A program made the position numbers and the translations under genes. Below, piece after piece: positions 18,448 through 27,658 of a stretch of DNA of 32,000 nucleotides; the first letter of the stretch is position 1; the number at the start of each line of letters is the position of its first letter. The notes beneath the pieces were generated by a model. The model saw nothing but the letters and a program-made list of their open reading frames with translations. It did not search any database and was not told the origin of the DNA. This DNA comes from Nitrosospira multiformis ATCC 25196 (lineage in GTDB: Bacteria > Pseudomonadota > Gammaproteobacteria > Burkholderiales > Nitrosomonadaceae): contig NC_007614.1 in assembly GCF_000196355.1 (NCBI RefSeq), positions 1,020,001-1,052,000 of the forward strand, in the 5' to 3' direction.

Positions 18448-20121
18448 TCATCTTCCATCCAGCAACCGCTCCAGTTTCTTCCAGGCATTATCGCCGCTGT
18501 CAAAGCCTTCTTTCTCGTTGACGAACTCTACGGTGTAAGCCCGCTCCTGCGGCGCCAGCACTTCCTCTTTTTCCTGTAACAGTTTCAATACGCCCAGATC
18601 AGCCTCGGAGGCATCGCTTGATTCGCTTTGCCGTTTTACGATACGGCTTTGCATTGTCTCGGAGGACGCTTTCAGCGATGCAATCACAAACGGCACCGAC
18701 AGTTCATCTGCCAGCATTCGGAAATGCTCGCGCTCTTCCCGTTTCAGAAAGGCGGCATCCACGATTACCGGAAAGCCTGCGGCCAGCAGTTCTCGGGCCA
18801 GATCATGCAGTCGCGCATACGTTCGCACCGTAGCCTCCGCATGATAAATGCCCTCCGCCTGCGAGCGGCTGTCTGCCAACGCCGCCAATCCGAATAAACG
18901 CTTGCGCTCCACGTCCGATCGTATGCGTATGGCTTGCAGCCTTTCCAGTGCTGCCTGTGCAAAAGTCGTTTTGCCCGATCCCGGCAAACCCCGGGTAATC
19001 ACCAGGGCGGGCCGCTGCCGGGCAAGGCATGCTCTGGCGAGATCAAGAAAACTGCTGCAGGATGCCAGCGCGGCTGCCTTGTCCCGTTTGGAGAGGTTAT
19101 CCTGGCCGGCGCGAACGGCGCTGACCATGGCACGCACTGCGGCGCGATAGGCGAGATAGAAACGCAGCAAGGGCAGGCCCCCATAATCACCCGTAGTTTC
19201 CAGATAGGCATTGAGGAAGCGATAGGCAAGCTCAGACTGCTGGCGATGCAGCAGGTCCATGACGGTAAAGGCGGCTTCGTTCATTACATCGATCCAGCGT
19301 AGCGAGGGACTGAACTCGATACAATCGAAGGGAACGGGTCGTCCGCGAATCAGCGCAATATTACCCAGATGCAGGTCGCCATGACATTCGCGCACAAAAC
19401 CCCCGGCAAGCCGCCGTTCCAGATGCTCCTTGCGTACGCCATACTCAGTCTCGATCGCCGCGCGCAATCCAGCCACACGGACTTCATTTTCAGTGCCAGC
19501 CAGCGCAGTTTGTAGTTGCTCGAGAGTCTGAAATACTGTCGCATGTGTCGCAGCGGCTGACCCAAGCCCGGCCCCAGGCTCGGCCGAGGGCAGAGCCTCA
19601 TGAAAATGCGCGATCGTTGCCGCCAGGCTATCCATATGCTCCGGGAGAATCCTGTCGTGCTCGGCCAGCCTGTCCAGTTGTTGGGAAGCAGGGAAGCGGC
19701 GCATTTTTACTGCATATTCGATAGCCGGTTCAGCACCGATTTCCGGCATTTCAGCCGTGCCGCCGAGGGGAATGACATCCAGATAGAGTTGGGGTGCAAG
19801 ACGCCGGTTGAGCCGCAGCTCTTCCTCACAATAATGGCGGCGTGATGACAGATCGGTAAAGTCGAGGAAACCCAGGTCGACCGGTTTCTTTATTTTGTAG
19901 GCATAGCGTCCCGCCAGCAGTACCCATGAAATGTGGGTTTCCATTATTCCTACCCGTTTTACCGGGTGGGGATAGCAGCGAGGATCCAGCAAGGCAGTGA
20001 TTAATCTGCCTTGAACATCTCCATCCGCCTGCGGGGAATCAGACGGCTTCTTCGCTTGGGTGATTGAATCTTTCATGACCATGATCGATAACCTGGCCGG
20101 CAGGTTGAGGGTAACGCCCAA
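18448..20121 (-). CDS. Bifunctional aminoglycoside phosphotransferase-like / P-loop ATPase (kinase) protein
   Basis: APH-like CHGDLHLGNIALIRGRPVPFDCIEFSP...WIDVMNE, followed by P-loop kinase LVITRGLPGSGKTTFAQAALERL and VIVDAAFLKREERE. The N-terminal start is uncertain. Confidence 0.88.
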   Translation of the reverse strand: MGVTLNLPARLSIMVMKDSITQAKKPSDSPQADGDVQGRLITALLDPRCYPHPVKRVGIMETHISWVLLAGRYAYKIKKPVDLGFLDFTDLSSRRHYCEEELRLNRRLAPQLYLDVIPLGGTAEMPEIGAEPAIEYAVKMRRFPASQQLDRLAEHDRILPEHMDSLAATIAHFHEALPSAEPGAGLGSAAATHATVFQTLEQLQTALAGTENEVRVAGLRAAIETEYGVRKEHLERRLAGGFVRECHGDLHLGNIALIRGRPVPFDCIEFSPSLRWIDVMNEAAFTVMDLLHRQQSELAYRFLNAYLETTGDYGGLPLLRFYLAYRAAVRAMVSAVRAGQDNLSKRDKAAALASCSSFLDLARACLARQRPALVITRGLPGSGKTTFAQAALERLQAIRIRSDVERKRLFGLAALADSRSQAEGIYHAEATVRTYARLHDLARELLAAGFPVIVDAAFLKREEREHFRMLADELSVPFVIASLKASSETMQSRIVKRQSESSDASEADLGVLKLLQEKEEVLAPQERAYTVEFVNEKEGFDSGDNAWKKLERLLDGR

Positions 20122-20136
20122 TATTAACCAGACGCA

Positions 20137-21090
20137 TTAGCCAAACTGCTCTGCGAAGCGGGCAAGAAAGGTATCGAGCGCGCTTTCGGGCAAATTGTTG
20201 ATCCCGGCCGCCGCCTTGCGTCCTCCCCCTGTTTCAAACTTCATGCAGAGCACGTCGGCACCCTGGGGATTCGCCAACGGCGCCCGCACACTGACCTTAT
20301 AGCCACCCGCCCGGTCGATCGTAATGACTGCATGCGCGCATGCCGGATTGTCGTTCGCAAGCTTGTTGGCAAAAACACCGCTTACCCGTCTTGCCCATGC
20401 CGCATCCGGAAGGAGATAGGCAGCGTGATGCGCGTGCTGGAGCAGGGGGCGCAACGATGCCGTCATCCGGGTATCCTCCAGAAATCCCGCTGCAAGCTCC
20501 TTGAAGGCAGCCGATTCGGCGATAAAATCGAATGGATCGGGGTAGGGCGCCATTGCCTCATATAATGCAAGAGGATGAAAATGCAGGTCTTCCAGGGTCT
20601 CGCCGTAGCTGTTGTAATTAAGGCATTCCCCCAGGTGTGCGAGCTTCTCTATCTGCGGTTGGACCAGTCCATTCTGTAGCGCAAGTCTACTGGCGCTTTC
20701 GCTGATGTTATCCCCAAAGGCTGCGGCAATCCCCCAGGAACGGTATTTTCCTTCCAGATGGCGGTCGACCAGCAGGCTTGTGCATACCCCCGCAGATGTA
20801 TCGATGTGAGTGCTCAAATGGGGATGGACGGGTATCTCCCCGGCATAGTGATGGTCGAAATACTCGACAGCCACGCCGGTCTCCAGCAGTTGCACGAGGG
20901 CAGCACGGTTGCTGTTCAGGGAGATGTCGAGCACTGTCACCCGTTCGCCTGCGTGGGCCTTGACCCGCTCGAGCAGGCGGATATCGCGCTTTAATCCTGT
21001 CACTAATTCTGTCCGAACAGGATTGCTCAGCAGAAGCTGATGGACGGCACAAAGACCGTCTGCATCTCCGTTAAAAACGTGATAATTCAT
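20137..21090 (-). CDS. DHH superfamily phosphoesterase-like protein
   Basis: 317 aa: YHVFNGDADGLCAVHQLLL...VTVLDISLNSN...VEYFDHHYAGEIP...IDTSAGVCTSLL...FGDNISESA; DHH motif present. Confidence 0.85.
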   Translation of the reverse strand: MNYHVFNGDADGLCAVHQLLLSNPVRTELVTGLKRDIRLLERVKAHAGERVTVLDISLNSNRAALVQLLETGVAVEYFDHHYAGEIPVHPHLSTHIDTSAGVCTSLLVDRHLEGKYRSWGIAAAFGDNISESASRLALQNGLVQPQIEKLAHLGECLNYNSYGETLEDLHFHPLALYEAMAPYPDPFDFIAESAAFKELAAGFLEDTRMTASLRPLLQHAHHAAYLLPDAAWARRVSGVFANKLANDNPACAHAVITIDRAGGYKVSVRAPLANPQGADVLCMKFETGGGRKAAAGINNLPESALDTFLARFAEQFG

Positions 21091-21257
21091 ATTGAATTTT
21101 CAGATACCCCCGCCTTATGCTGCATCAATGAACAGGCCTTCGCGCTGTACCTGTGTGGATTCCATCGTTCGTTATTTTCGATTTGGGTGGCCCGCAGGCC
21201 TCGCCTATACTCACATCATCAATAAATTTAATCAACCACCCGCACAATGAGCTCATC

Positions 21258-22049
21258 ATGAAAAAAATCCTCTCAGCCGCTGCATTGTTTTTCCTGGGTT
21301 CGCTGGCCCAGGCTGCCATACAGGGGAAGGAAGTCACCTACACCACCAATGGCACCACCCTCAAAGGTTACCTTGTATATGATGACGCAATAACACATAA
21401 CCACCCTGCGGTGCTGGTGGTGCATGAATGGTGGGGTCTCGACGATTACGCGCGGAAACGCGCAAAGATGCTGGCGGAACTGGGCTACACCGCGTTGGCA
21501 GTCGACATGTACGGCGAGGGCAGGCAGGCTCATCATCCGGATGAGGCCTCCAGATATTCGGGAGAGCTGAAGAAGAATCTGCCCTTGGCGAAAAAACGCT
21601 TTGAAGCTGCCCTGAGTTTCCTGCAGAAGCAGGAGAATGTCGATCCGAGGAACATCGCGGCGCTGGGTTATTGTTTCGGCGGCAGCGTCGCCTTGGAAAT
21701 GGCTCGCCAAGGTGAAGATTTGAAAGGTGTGGCCAGCTTTCATGGCGGTCTGGCGACCGAGCACCCGGCTCAAAGGGGCAGGGTGAAGGCGCAGATTATC
21801 TCTTTTACCGGCATGGCTGACCCCATGATACCGGCCGAGCAGGTAGCGGCATTCAAGCAGGAAATGGAGAATGCCGGCGTAAACTACAAGGCAGTTACAT
21901 TTCCGGGCGCCAAGCATAGTTTTACCAATCCCGAGGCCGATGACTACGGGCGCAAATTCAATTTACCGCTCGCTTATGACGCGCAAGCTGACAAGGCTTC
22001 TTGGAAGGAGACGGAACGCTTCCTGGCCGAGGTATTCAAGGCAAGATGA
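21258..22049 (+). CDS. Dienelactone hydrolase family protein, exported
   Basis: MKKILSAAALFFLGSLAQAA signal peptide; HNHPAVLVVHEWWGLDDYARKRAKMLAELGYTALAVDMYG...IAALGYCFGGSVALEMA...PGAKHSFTNP. Start chosen internal to the 21153 ORF. Confidence 0.92.
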   Translation: MKKILSAAALFFLGSLAQAAIQGKEVTYTTNGTTLKGYLVYDDAITHNHPAVLVVHEWWGLDDYARKRAKMLAELGYTALAVDMYGEGRQAHHPDEASRYSGELKKNLPLAKKRFEAALSFLQKQENVDPRNIAALGYCFGGSVALEMARQGEDLKGVASFHGGLATEHPAQRGRVKAQIISFTGMADPMIPAEQVAAFKQEMENAGVNYKAVTFPGAKHSFTNPEADDYGRKFNLPLAYDAQADKASWKETERFLAEVFKAR

Positions 22050-22303
22050 TGATGCCCCGAAGTATACTGGTTTTTGTAGTCTCGAATGAGCGAGGGTTGG
22101 AAACGCCTGCACGACGTGCGGGACTTATGCGGCAATCAGGATATTTGCGTACTCAGGTACAGGCAGAGCAGCGTTGGCGTGTCAGGCGCTGATGAAGGAG
22201 TACAAAGGCTTTGATGCAGAACCTGCCCTGCCTCCTTCCGCGCGTCCCAGCGATGAACGCGGGCGCGTTCACCACTTTCTTTTTATTTTTTCACTTTCCC
22301 AGT

Positions 22304-22606
22304 TCAGCTTGGGAGTTTGACGCCAAGGATATCCACATGCTCGATTTGCGGTGGCTCAGCCAGCAAATCGGCTGCATTTGCCATTAGTGCGGCAGCGATC
22401 GGGCCGGACAAATGCGCCGATCTTCCAGCCTCGTCCACAAATGCATCAAAAATACCAAAAGTCGATGGGCCGAGCCGCAGGGCAAACCAGATCGGTGTGG
22501 TGGTTTCCTGATTTGCCATTGAAAGCCCCTGCTCGAGAAAGCTTTCTACGTCAGCTTCCTTTCCCGGTTTGGCTTGTAACCGCACAAACAGCGCAACTGT
22601 TACCAT
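22304..22606 (-). CDS. Antibiotic biosynthesis monooxygenase (ABM) domain protein
   Basis: MVTVALFVRLQAKPGKEADVESFLEQGLSMANQETTTPIWFALRLGPSTFGIFDAFVDEAGRSAHLSGPIAAALMANAADLL; a GGAAAGGAAAT SD-like sequence precedes the ATG. Confidence 0.8.
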   Translation of the reverse strand: MVTVALFVRLQAKPGKEADVESFLEQGLSMANQETTTPIWFALRLGPSTFGIFDAFVDEAGRSAHLSGPIAAALMANAADLLAEPPQIEHVDILGVKLPS

Positions 22607-22707
22607 CTTGATTTCCTTTCTCGTGTTGAACAATAAGGCTCAGACTTTAAATATCGGGAGGATTTCTGCCAAGTGGCGATATTGACAATTTTGATATAAT
22701 TTACGCC

Positions 22708-23715
22708 ATGCATATTCATATTCTTGCGCTCGACCAGGTTTTCGACACCGGATTATCAACGCTCCTGGACACCCTGAGTATCGCGAACGATCTCGCGGTT
22801 TCTGCCAACGCAGTGACACGATTTGACCTGACGATCGCGGGGGTGCGCCGGAATATTCGTACCAGTCAGGGATTTTCTGTACCGGTAGTGCCAGCGGCGC
22901 GATGCAGCCCGCCGGATGTGGTATTGATTCCGGCGCTTGGGGCAAAAATGCCGGAAACGCTGCGGTTGGCGCTTGAGCGGCCGGATGTGTGCGAGGCGGG
23001 CGACCTTTTGCGGCAGTGGTCCAAAGAGGACGTTCTTATCGGCGCCGCCTGCACTGGAACCTTCGTTCTCGCCGATACTTTGCTTCTCAATGACCGGAGC
23101 GCTACCACATCATGGTGGCTTAGCCCCTTGTTTCGGGAACGTTATCCCCGCGTGCGCCTGGAGGAATCGCGCATGGTGGTAAGCTCGCCCGGGTTGGTTA
23201 CTGCGGGTGCTGCACTGGCACATATCGATCTGGCGCTTTGGCTCATACGCCAAAGCAGTCCCACGCTCGCAGAAATGACAGCGCGTTATCTGCTGATAGA
23301 ACCACGAGCGTCACAGGCAGTTTTTGCAATTCCTGATCACCTTGCACATGCCGATCCACTGGTTCAGCAATTCGAACGCTGGGCTCGCCACAGGCTGGGT
23401 GAACGTTTCTCCCTGAGCGAAGCAGCCAGTGCGACAGGCACAAGCGAGAGAACGCTTTCGCGGCGGCTAAAGGCTGTTCTGGGAAAATCCCCGCTTTCTT
23501 ATTTTCAGGATCTTCGTATTGAGCGCGCTGTATATCTCCTGGGGACGAGCAACGATAATGTAGACGCGATTGCTGCCCAGGTGGGTTATGCGGATGGTAC
23601 AACCTTGCGCACCCTTCTTCGCCGCAGGGTCGGTCGAACGGTGAGCGAGCTTCGAGCCAGAACCCGGGAGATTTCCAGTTCGTTCAACGACTCTCAAGCA
23701 CAGGATATCGAGTGA
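22708..23715 (+). CDS. GlxA-type transcriptional regulator (DJ-1/PfpI-like domain + AraC helix-turn-helix)
   Basis: 335 aa: IHILALDQVFDTGLSTLLDTLSIAN...DVVLIPALGAK...GAACTGTFVLADTLLLNDRSATTSWWLSPLFRERYP...LSEAASATGTSERTLSRRLKAVLGKSPLSYFQDLRIERAVYLL..S...VDAIAAQVGYADGTTLRTLLRR. Confidence 0.92.
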   Translation: MHIHILALDQVFDTGLSTLLDTLSIANDLAVSANAVTRFDLTIAGVRRNIRTSQGFSVPVVPAARCSPPDVVLIPALGAKMPETLRLALERPDVCEAGDLLRQWSKEDVLIGAACTGTFVLADTLLLNDRSATTSWWLSPLFRERYPRVRLEESRMVVSSPGLVTAGAALAHIDLALWLIRQSSPTLAEMTARYLLIEPRASQAVFAIPDHLAHADPLVQQFERWARHRLGERFSLSEAASATGTSERTLSRRLKAVLGKSPLSYFQDLRIERAVYLLGTSNDNVDAIAAQVGYADGTTLRTLLRRRVGRTVSELRARTREISSSFNDSQAQDIE

Positions 23716-23911
23716 CAAAAAGTATCGCGAAAATAAGCTGCGCCACGTTCACAGACTGACTGCCTGCGCCCGTCATTTGTAGTTCATCCGGGCGTATTGA
23801 AAATTCCTGCTTCGATTACTTTGGGCTATAAAAGATTTAAATTGCCAAGTTTGCATATATTAGACGCCAGATGGCTTGCTTTCTTCTCGATATCGCTTTA
23901 TCATCATCTTT

Positions 23912-24370
23912 ATGACTTCTTTTATCTCACCAGCGGCCCGGAAGCCGTTTTCCGCCTCGAACATTCTAGGCGGCAAGCAGATACTCCACACCGATCCACG
24001 TTCGGCAGTCGAGTGGATAGAACTCGTGCGCAGAGGCATTCCCGCCCCGGCGATCGACGCAGTCCTGGGGCTCGTTGACCTGCGGCAGGGTGAACTCTCC
24101 CGCGCGCTGGATATTCCGGAGCGCACGCTGGTGCGACGAAAAAAGGAAGGAGTGCTCAACTGCGAGGAATCCGGCAAATTGCTGCGCCTGGCGCGGGTTG
24201 TTGAACGTGCCGGCGAGGTGTTTGAGGACGGATCCCTGGCGCTGGACTGGATCAAGTCACCCAACGCCAGCCTGGGCGGCGCCACCCCCCTGTCCATGCT
24301 GGATACTGATCTTGGCGCCGATTCAGTGATGACTATTCTTGGTCGGATCGAGCACGGTATTTTCACTTGA
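23912..24370 (+). CDS. MbcA/ParS/Xre-type antitoxin (DUF2384)
   Basis: PAPAIDAVLGLVDLRQGELSRALDIPERTLVRRKKEGVLNCEESGKLLRLARVVERAGEVFEDGSLALDWIKSPNASLGGATPLSMLDTDLGADSVMTILGRIEHGIFT; classic two-part Xre-like + DUF2384 layout. Confidence 0.9.
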   Translation: MTSFISPAARKPFSASNILGGKQILHTDPRSAVEWIELVRRGIPAPAIDAVLGLVDLRQGELSRALDIPERTLVRRKKEGVLNCEESGKLLRLARVVERAGEVFEDGSLALDWIKSPNASLGGATPLSMLDTDLGADSVMTILGRIEHGIFT

Positions 24371-24846
24371 AGTTGACGGTGTGGCGTATCGTCACACACC
24401 GCTTCGCCGCTTCTGCATTTTCCGGCGAGGGTGCGCGGCTGTTCGGCGGCCGCTGGAATCTCAAGGGCGAGCCGGTAGTGTACACGGCGCAGAGCAGGTC
24501 ACTCGCCTTTCTCGAAATGCTCGTCCAGGACGAGCCGCTGCGCGCCAATTATCTCCTGATCCCCGCGGAAATTCCTGGCGATATCCCCAGACTGGAAATC
24601 GATGCCGGACAGCTCCCGGAGAACTGGCGAACTCTCGAGAGCCGTAAAAACCTCGAGGAAATCGGCAGCCGGTGGCTGCGTGATGCCAGATACTGCGTAA
24701 TGGATGTTCCCAGCGTTGTAATTCCCGCTGAGCGAAACCTGCTGCTCAACCCGGCACACCCCGATTTTCGCAGAATCCGGATAGGTCAACCGGAAAACCT
24801 CAAGAGCGATCTGCGGCTACTGCGGAATCTATCCGCAGCAAAGTGA
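24367..24846 (+). CDS. RES domain toxin
   Basis: WRIVTHRFAASAFSGEGARLFGGRWNLKGEPVVYTAQSRSLAFLEMLVQ...NWR...GSRWLRDARYCVMDVPSVVIPAERNLLLNPAHPDF; RES motifs present. TTG start overlapping the antitoxin stop by 4 nt. Confidence 0.92.
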   Translation: MKLTVWRIVTHRFAASAFSGEGARLFGGRWNLKGEPVVYTAQSRSLAFLEMLVQDEPLRANYLLIPAEIPGDIPRLEIDAGQLPENWRTLESRKNLEEIGSRWLRDARYCVMDVPSVVIPAERNLLLNPAHPDFRRIRIGQPENLKSDLRLLRNLSAAK

Positions 24847-24997
24847 ACAAGGGATATTGCTCGCTGCGGGGTCGATGCAGGAATAGCCGGTTCATCCACT
24901 TCCAGGAACAACTCTACGTGGTCATCCAGGATCGCGCTCGGGGGAAGAGGAATGGTGTAGGTTGCAGTCGCTGCTTCATGTAGTGTTCCTGACGCTC

Positions 24998-25270
24998 CTA
25001 TGGCGATATCGTGCCGAACAGGGTTCCATCCGGCGCGGTGACGCGGATTTCCGCGCGTTTGGGAAGCACGCGCGTACGTACTTCAACCCGGACCTTTTCA
25101 TTGCCGGAAACCGGGCGCGGAAGCGTGAGTTCGATCACGCCCTGTGGCACCTCGATCTGCGCAAAAGCGCCATTTCCCAGTATGGACGAGAATCCCAGTA
25201 TGGACGAGAATATCAGAACGGCAATTACCGTGGCGAAGCGTAGCTGCCATCTGCATTTCGCGGCAGTCAA
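24998..25270 (-). CDS. Small exported protein of unknown function, translationally coupled to the tyrosinase gene
   Basis: 90 aa with a hydrophobic signal-like N-terminus (LRFATVIAVLIFSSILGFSSILGNGAFA), then IEVPQGVIELTLPRPVSGNEKVRVEVRTRVLPKRAEIRVTAPDGTLFGTISP. TTG start overlaps the tyrosinase TGA stop. Confidence 0.6.
   Translation of the reverse strand: MTAAKCRWQLRFATVIAVLIFSSILGFSSILGNGAFAQIEVPQGVIELTLPRPVSGNEKVRVEVRTRVLPKRAEIRVTAPDGTLFGTISP
25196..25231 (-). repeat. 18-bp perfect tandem duplication within the signal peptide coding region
   Basis: cccagtatggacgagaat x2 directly adjacent; encodes the repeated FSSILG hexapeptide. Confidence 0.9.
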
Positions 25271-26967
25271 TGGGCCTCCACAACAATGGAAAGTACCTCC
25301 GCTTTCGGTTCCGTGCCAGGGGCATGTCTTGCCATCGGTACTCCCGGTTTTACCATTCGCTCCGAAACAATCCGGATATTCAACGCCCCGCTGTCTGTAA
25401 GCTGCGCGTTCTGCCGCATTGCCTCGATCGTGCCCGATAAAGGCACGGTAAAGGTAACCGGAGCCTGTATGGTGTGATGACCGAACATCGAGAGCGTACC
25501 GACGTAGTGAGGACTGGAGGGGTCCGTTCGACTGTTCCCGTCATCCACCATCACGGCAAAATCATGATGGTGCGCCAGCGGCGGCAGCGCCAGGGTGATC
25601 TTTGCATACAATCGCGGCGTTTCCGCCTGTGCGCGCAAGCCAAGCAGCGGAGACGGAAGTGTCACGACCGCGCTTGCCGCCTGCTCCCCGCTCACCACGG
25701 AACGGGTGATCTGGGCCCGGGTGCTCTCGGAGGGTACCGCTGCGCCCAGCAGTGAGGCGAACATGGGAGGCGCCACCACTTCCTCCCCGGAGCCGGGCTC
25801 ATAATCGTAATTGAAATCCCCGATAGCCGCGTAGTCCCCGGCGGTTCTTTTCTTCGCCGGCTTTCCCTTTGCATCGACAAAGAAAAGAAACGGTTCCCTC
25901 GACCAGGCGTCGAAATCCGCGCCTTCGGGCAAGGCAGGATATCCCCTCGCCAACTGCTTCCGGGTCCATACATCCCAAAGCCGATCGATATTCGCATGGT
26001 GCAGAAAAAAAAGCGGGTCGACAGGCGATAGATTGGCCTGCATGAAGCCGCCGTTGTTGGTGGTGTTGCCATTGGGGTCGGTAAAGATGCCGCCGACGCA
26101 GTTGTGCACCCTGTTGTGCGGCTGTCCTTCCAGCACGCCAAATCCGGTGAGGGCACTGTGACCAAGGGTCTTTGGGCTGGCAAACGTGAGGAAATCGCGA
26201 GGGGCCAGCGCGTCCAGCAATGTTTGCAGGGAGACGGCCTTCGTTGTTTTTCCATCGAGCTCCGGCTTTTCCCGGGTCGTGCCGCGCGCCTGTTTCAGAT
26301 CGAAAAAAAAGCGGCCTCTCGGATCGTTTAGCATATCGAACCACAGATCCTCGGGGGAGCGGATTCCCCGGGCGAGGAGCTGACCATACTGCGTCTCATC
26401 ATCGAATTCACCATTCGGCCCGCAAAAACGCTTCCAGTAATCCGCCCTGGCGATTACCCCGCGAAAGCGGTTCTGAAATTCGCGCGAGTTTGCAATATAG
26501 GCCGGATGAGCGGGGGTGAGCACATCCTCGAACATGACGGCGGGCACGCGTGCCTGAAAGGGACTGTCGGGGTCCGTATTCTCCGTCCAATCCCAGTAGG
26601 GAAGAGCAAACCCTGGGTCGCCGCTGAGCTCACGGCAAATCTGCTCGAACCAGCCGATATAGCCGCGGTGCCAGACCAGAAACCACCAGTTGCCGTGCGG
26701 GCAATCCATCGTGTGAGTGAGCGCGATGCGATACCAGTTGCGAGGGTCTTCCGGCGGGAGCTTGAGCATCCTGGCGATAGCCCTCTTGTAGCTTTCGATG
26801 GCGCGCTTTGCCCCAGGGTTCAGAACGTTCAAACGCCGATACTTTGCTTTCCCTTGTGCCTGGGCTCCGAAGGGCAGGGCAGAAGCGCCGATGGCGGCGG
26901 TGGTCGCCGCCGCAGCTTTCAGGAATGTGCGGCGGGACATGGTGGATGAGAACAATTTTGGCTGCAT
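25267..26967 (-). CDS. Tyrosinase/polyphenol oxidase-like copper protein with Tat signal
   Basis: 566 aa: SRRTFLKAAAATTAAIGASALPF (Tat); Cu-site motifs HTMDCPHGNWWFLVWHRGYIGWFEQ, HNRVHNCVGG, DPLFFLHHANIDRLWDVW; DWTEN. Confidence 0.93.
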   Translation of the reverse strand: MQPKLFSSTMSRRTFLKAAAATTAAIGASALPFGAQAQGKAKYRRLNVLNPGAKRAIESYKRAIARMLKLPPEDPRNWYRIALTHTMDCPHGNWWFLVWHRGYIGWFEQICRELSGDPGFALPYWDWTENTDPDSPFQARVPAVMFEDVLTPAHPAYIANSREFQNRFRGVIARADYWKRFCGPNGEFDDETQYGQLLARGIRSPEDLWFDMLNDPRGRFFFDLKQARGTTREKPELDGKTTKAVSLQTLLDALAPRDFLTFASPKTLGHSALTGFGVLEGQPHNRVHNCVGGIFTDPNGNTTNNGGFMQANLSPVDPLFFLHHANIDRLWDVWTRKQLARGYPALPEGADFDAWSREPFLFFVDAKGKPAKKRTAGDYAAIGDFNYDYEPGSGEEVVAPPMFASLLGAAVPSESTRAQITRSVVSGEQAASAVVTLPSPLLGLRAQAETPRLYAKITLALPPLAHHHDFAVMVDDGNSRTDPSSPHYVGTLSMFGHHTIQAPVTFTVPLSGTIEAMRQNAQLTDSGALNIRIVSERMVKPGVPMARHAPGTEPKAEVLSIVVEAH

Positions 26968-27550
26968 GGATTAAACCCTGTTTATGGTTATCGATTCTGG
27001 ATAAAGCTGAACGGATAAAGTCGGATGGATAAAGCTTGACGGGACGGCGGGCATGGGGCACGCAATTTCCCGGAAATGAGAAGTGACGGGAGTTAAAAGA
27101 AACTTTCCGAAAGAATCTTTCTTTCAGCCATGCGGTTCAGCCTCCTGCCTCGTCCCGCTCAGGCATTTGGCATGGCCGCAAAGAATCAGGATTAGATAAC
27201 CAAATGGAAGCCAGGAGTAGCTGTAAAATCTTACAGGTAGCGGTTCGTGTTGGCGGAGTGTAGTTAGGGGAGACGATATTCCGCTCGTGGAATGAAACTC
27301 TCCGGGAAGCGGGAGCAGCGGATAGCGGTGCGGGAATCGGAAGTCAGCTCATATCCAATAACAGCTCGTTCTCCTGCCACAATCTTGATCAGCGCAGAAA
27401 ACTCAAGCCCAGACACGAGCTTAGAGAGTTATCAACAGAGCTATCCACGAGCTATCCACGCCAATCGGGGAAAACTTCATCAGGTGTTAAGTTTCGGGGG
27501 AGCAATAGTTAAGATTAATTTATTCCCAGCGGGGGAAGTAAAAAGGAGGA

Positions 27551-27564
27551 TGGAACCGGTTCCA
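27551..27564. promoter_or_regulatory. 14-bp perfect palindrome upstream of the PIN-domain gene (candidate operator)
   Basis: TGGAACCGGTTCCA equals its own reverse complement; about 95 nt upstream of the ATG at 27659. Confidence 0.35.
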
Positions 27565-27658
27565 GTTCACATTCAGGGGCCTCATACTGATATATAAGAG
27601 ATGGGCTGGTAATGCGTGCGTTACCCCTGTTTTGTACCAGCACTTAACTGGAACAAAT

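Noticed and set aside
25474-26949. Several antisense ORFs across the tyrosinase gene (e.g. 25692..26255, 25799..26344, 26506..26949)
   Set aside because: They are alternative frames of a GC-rich gene with full tyrosinase motifs; no independent support.
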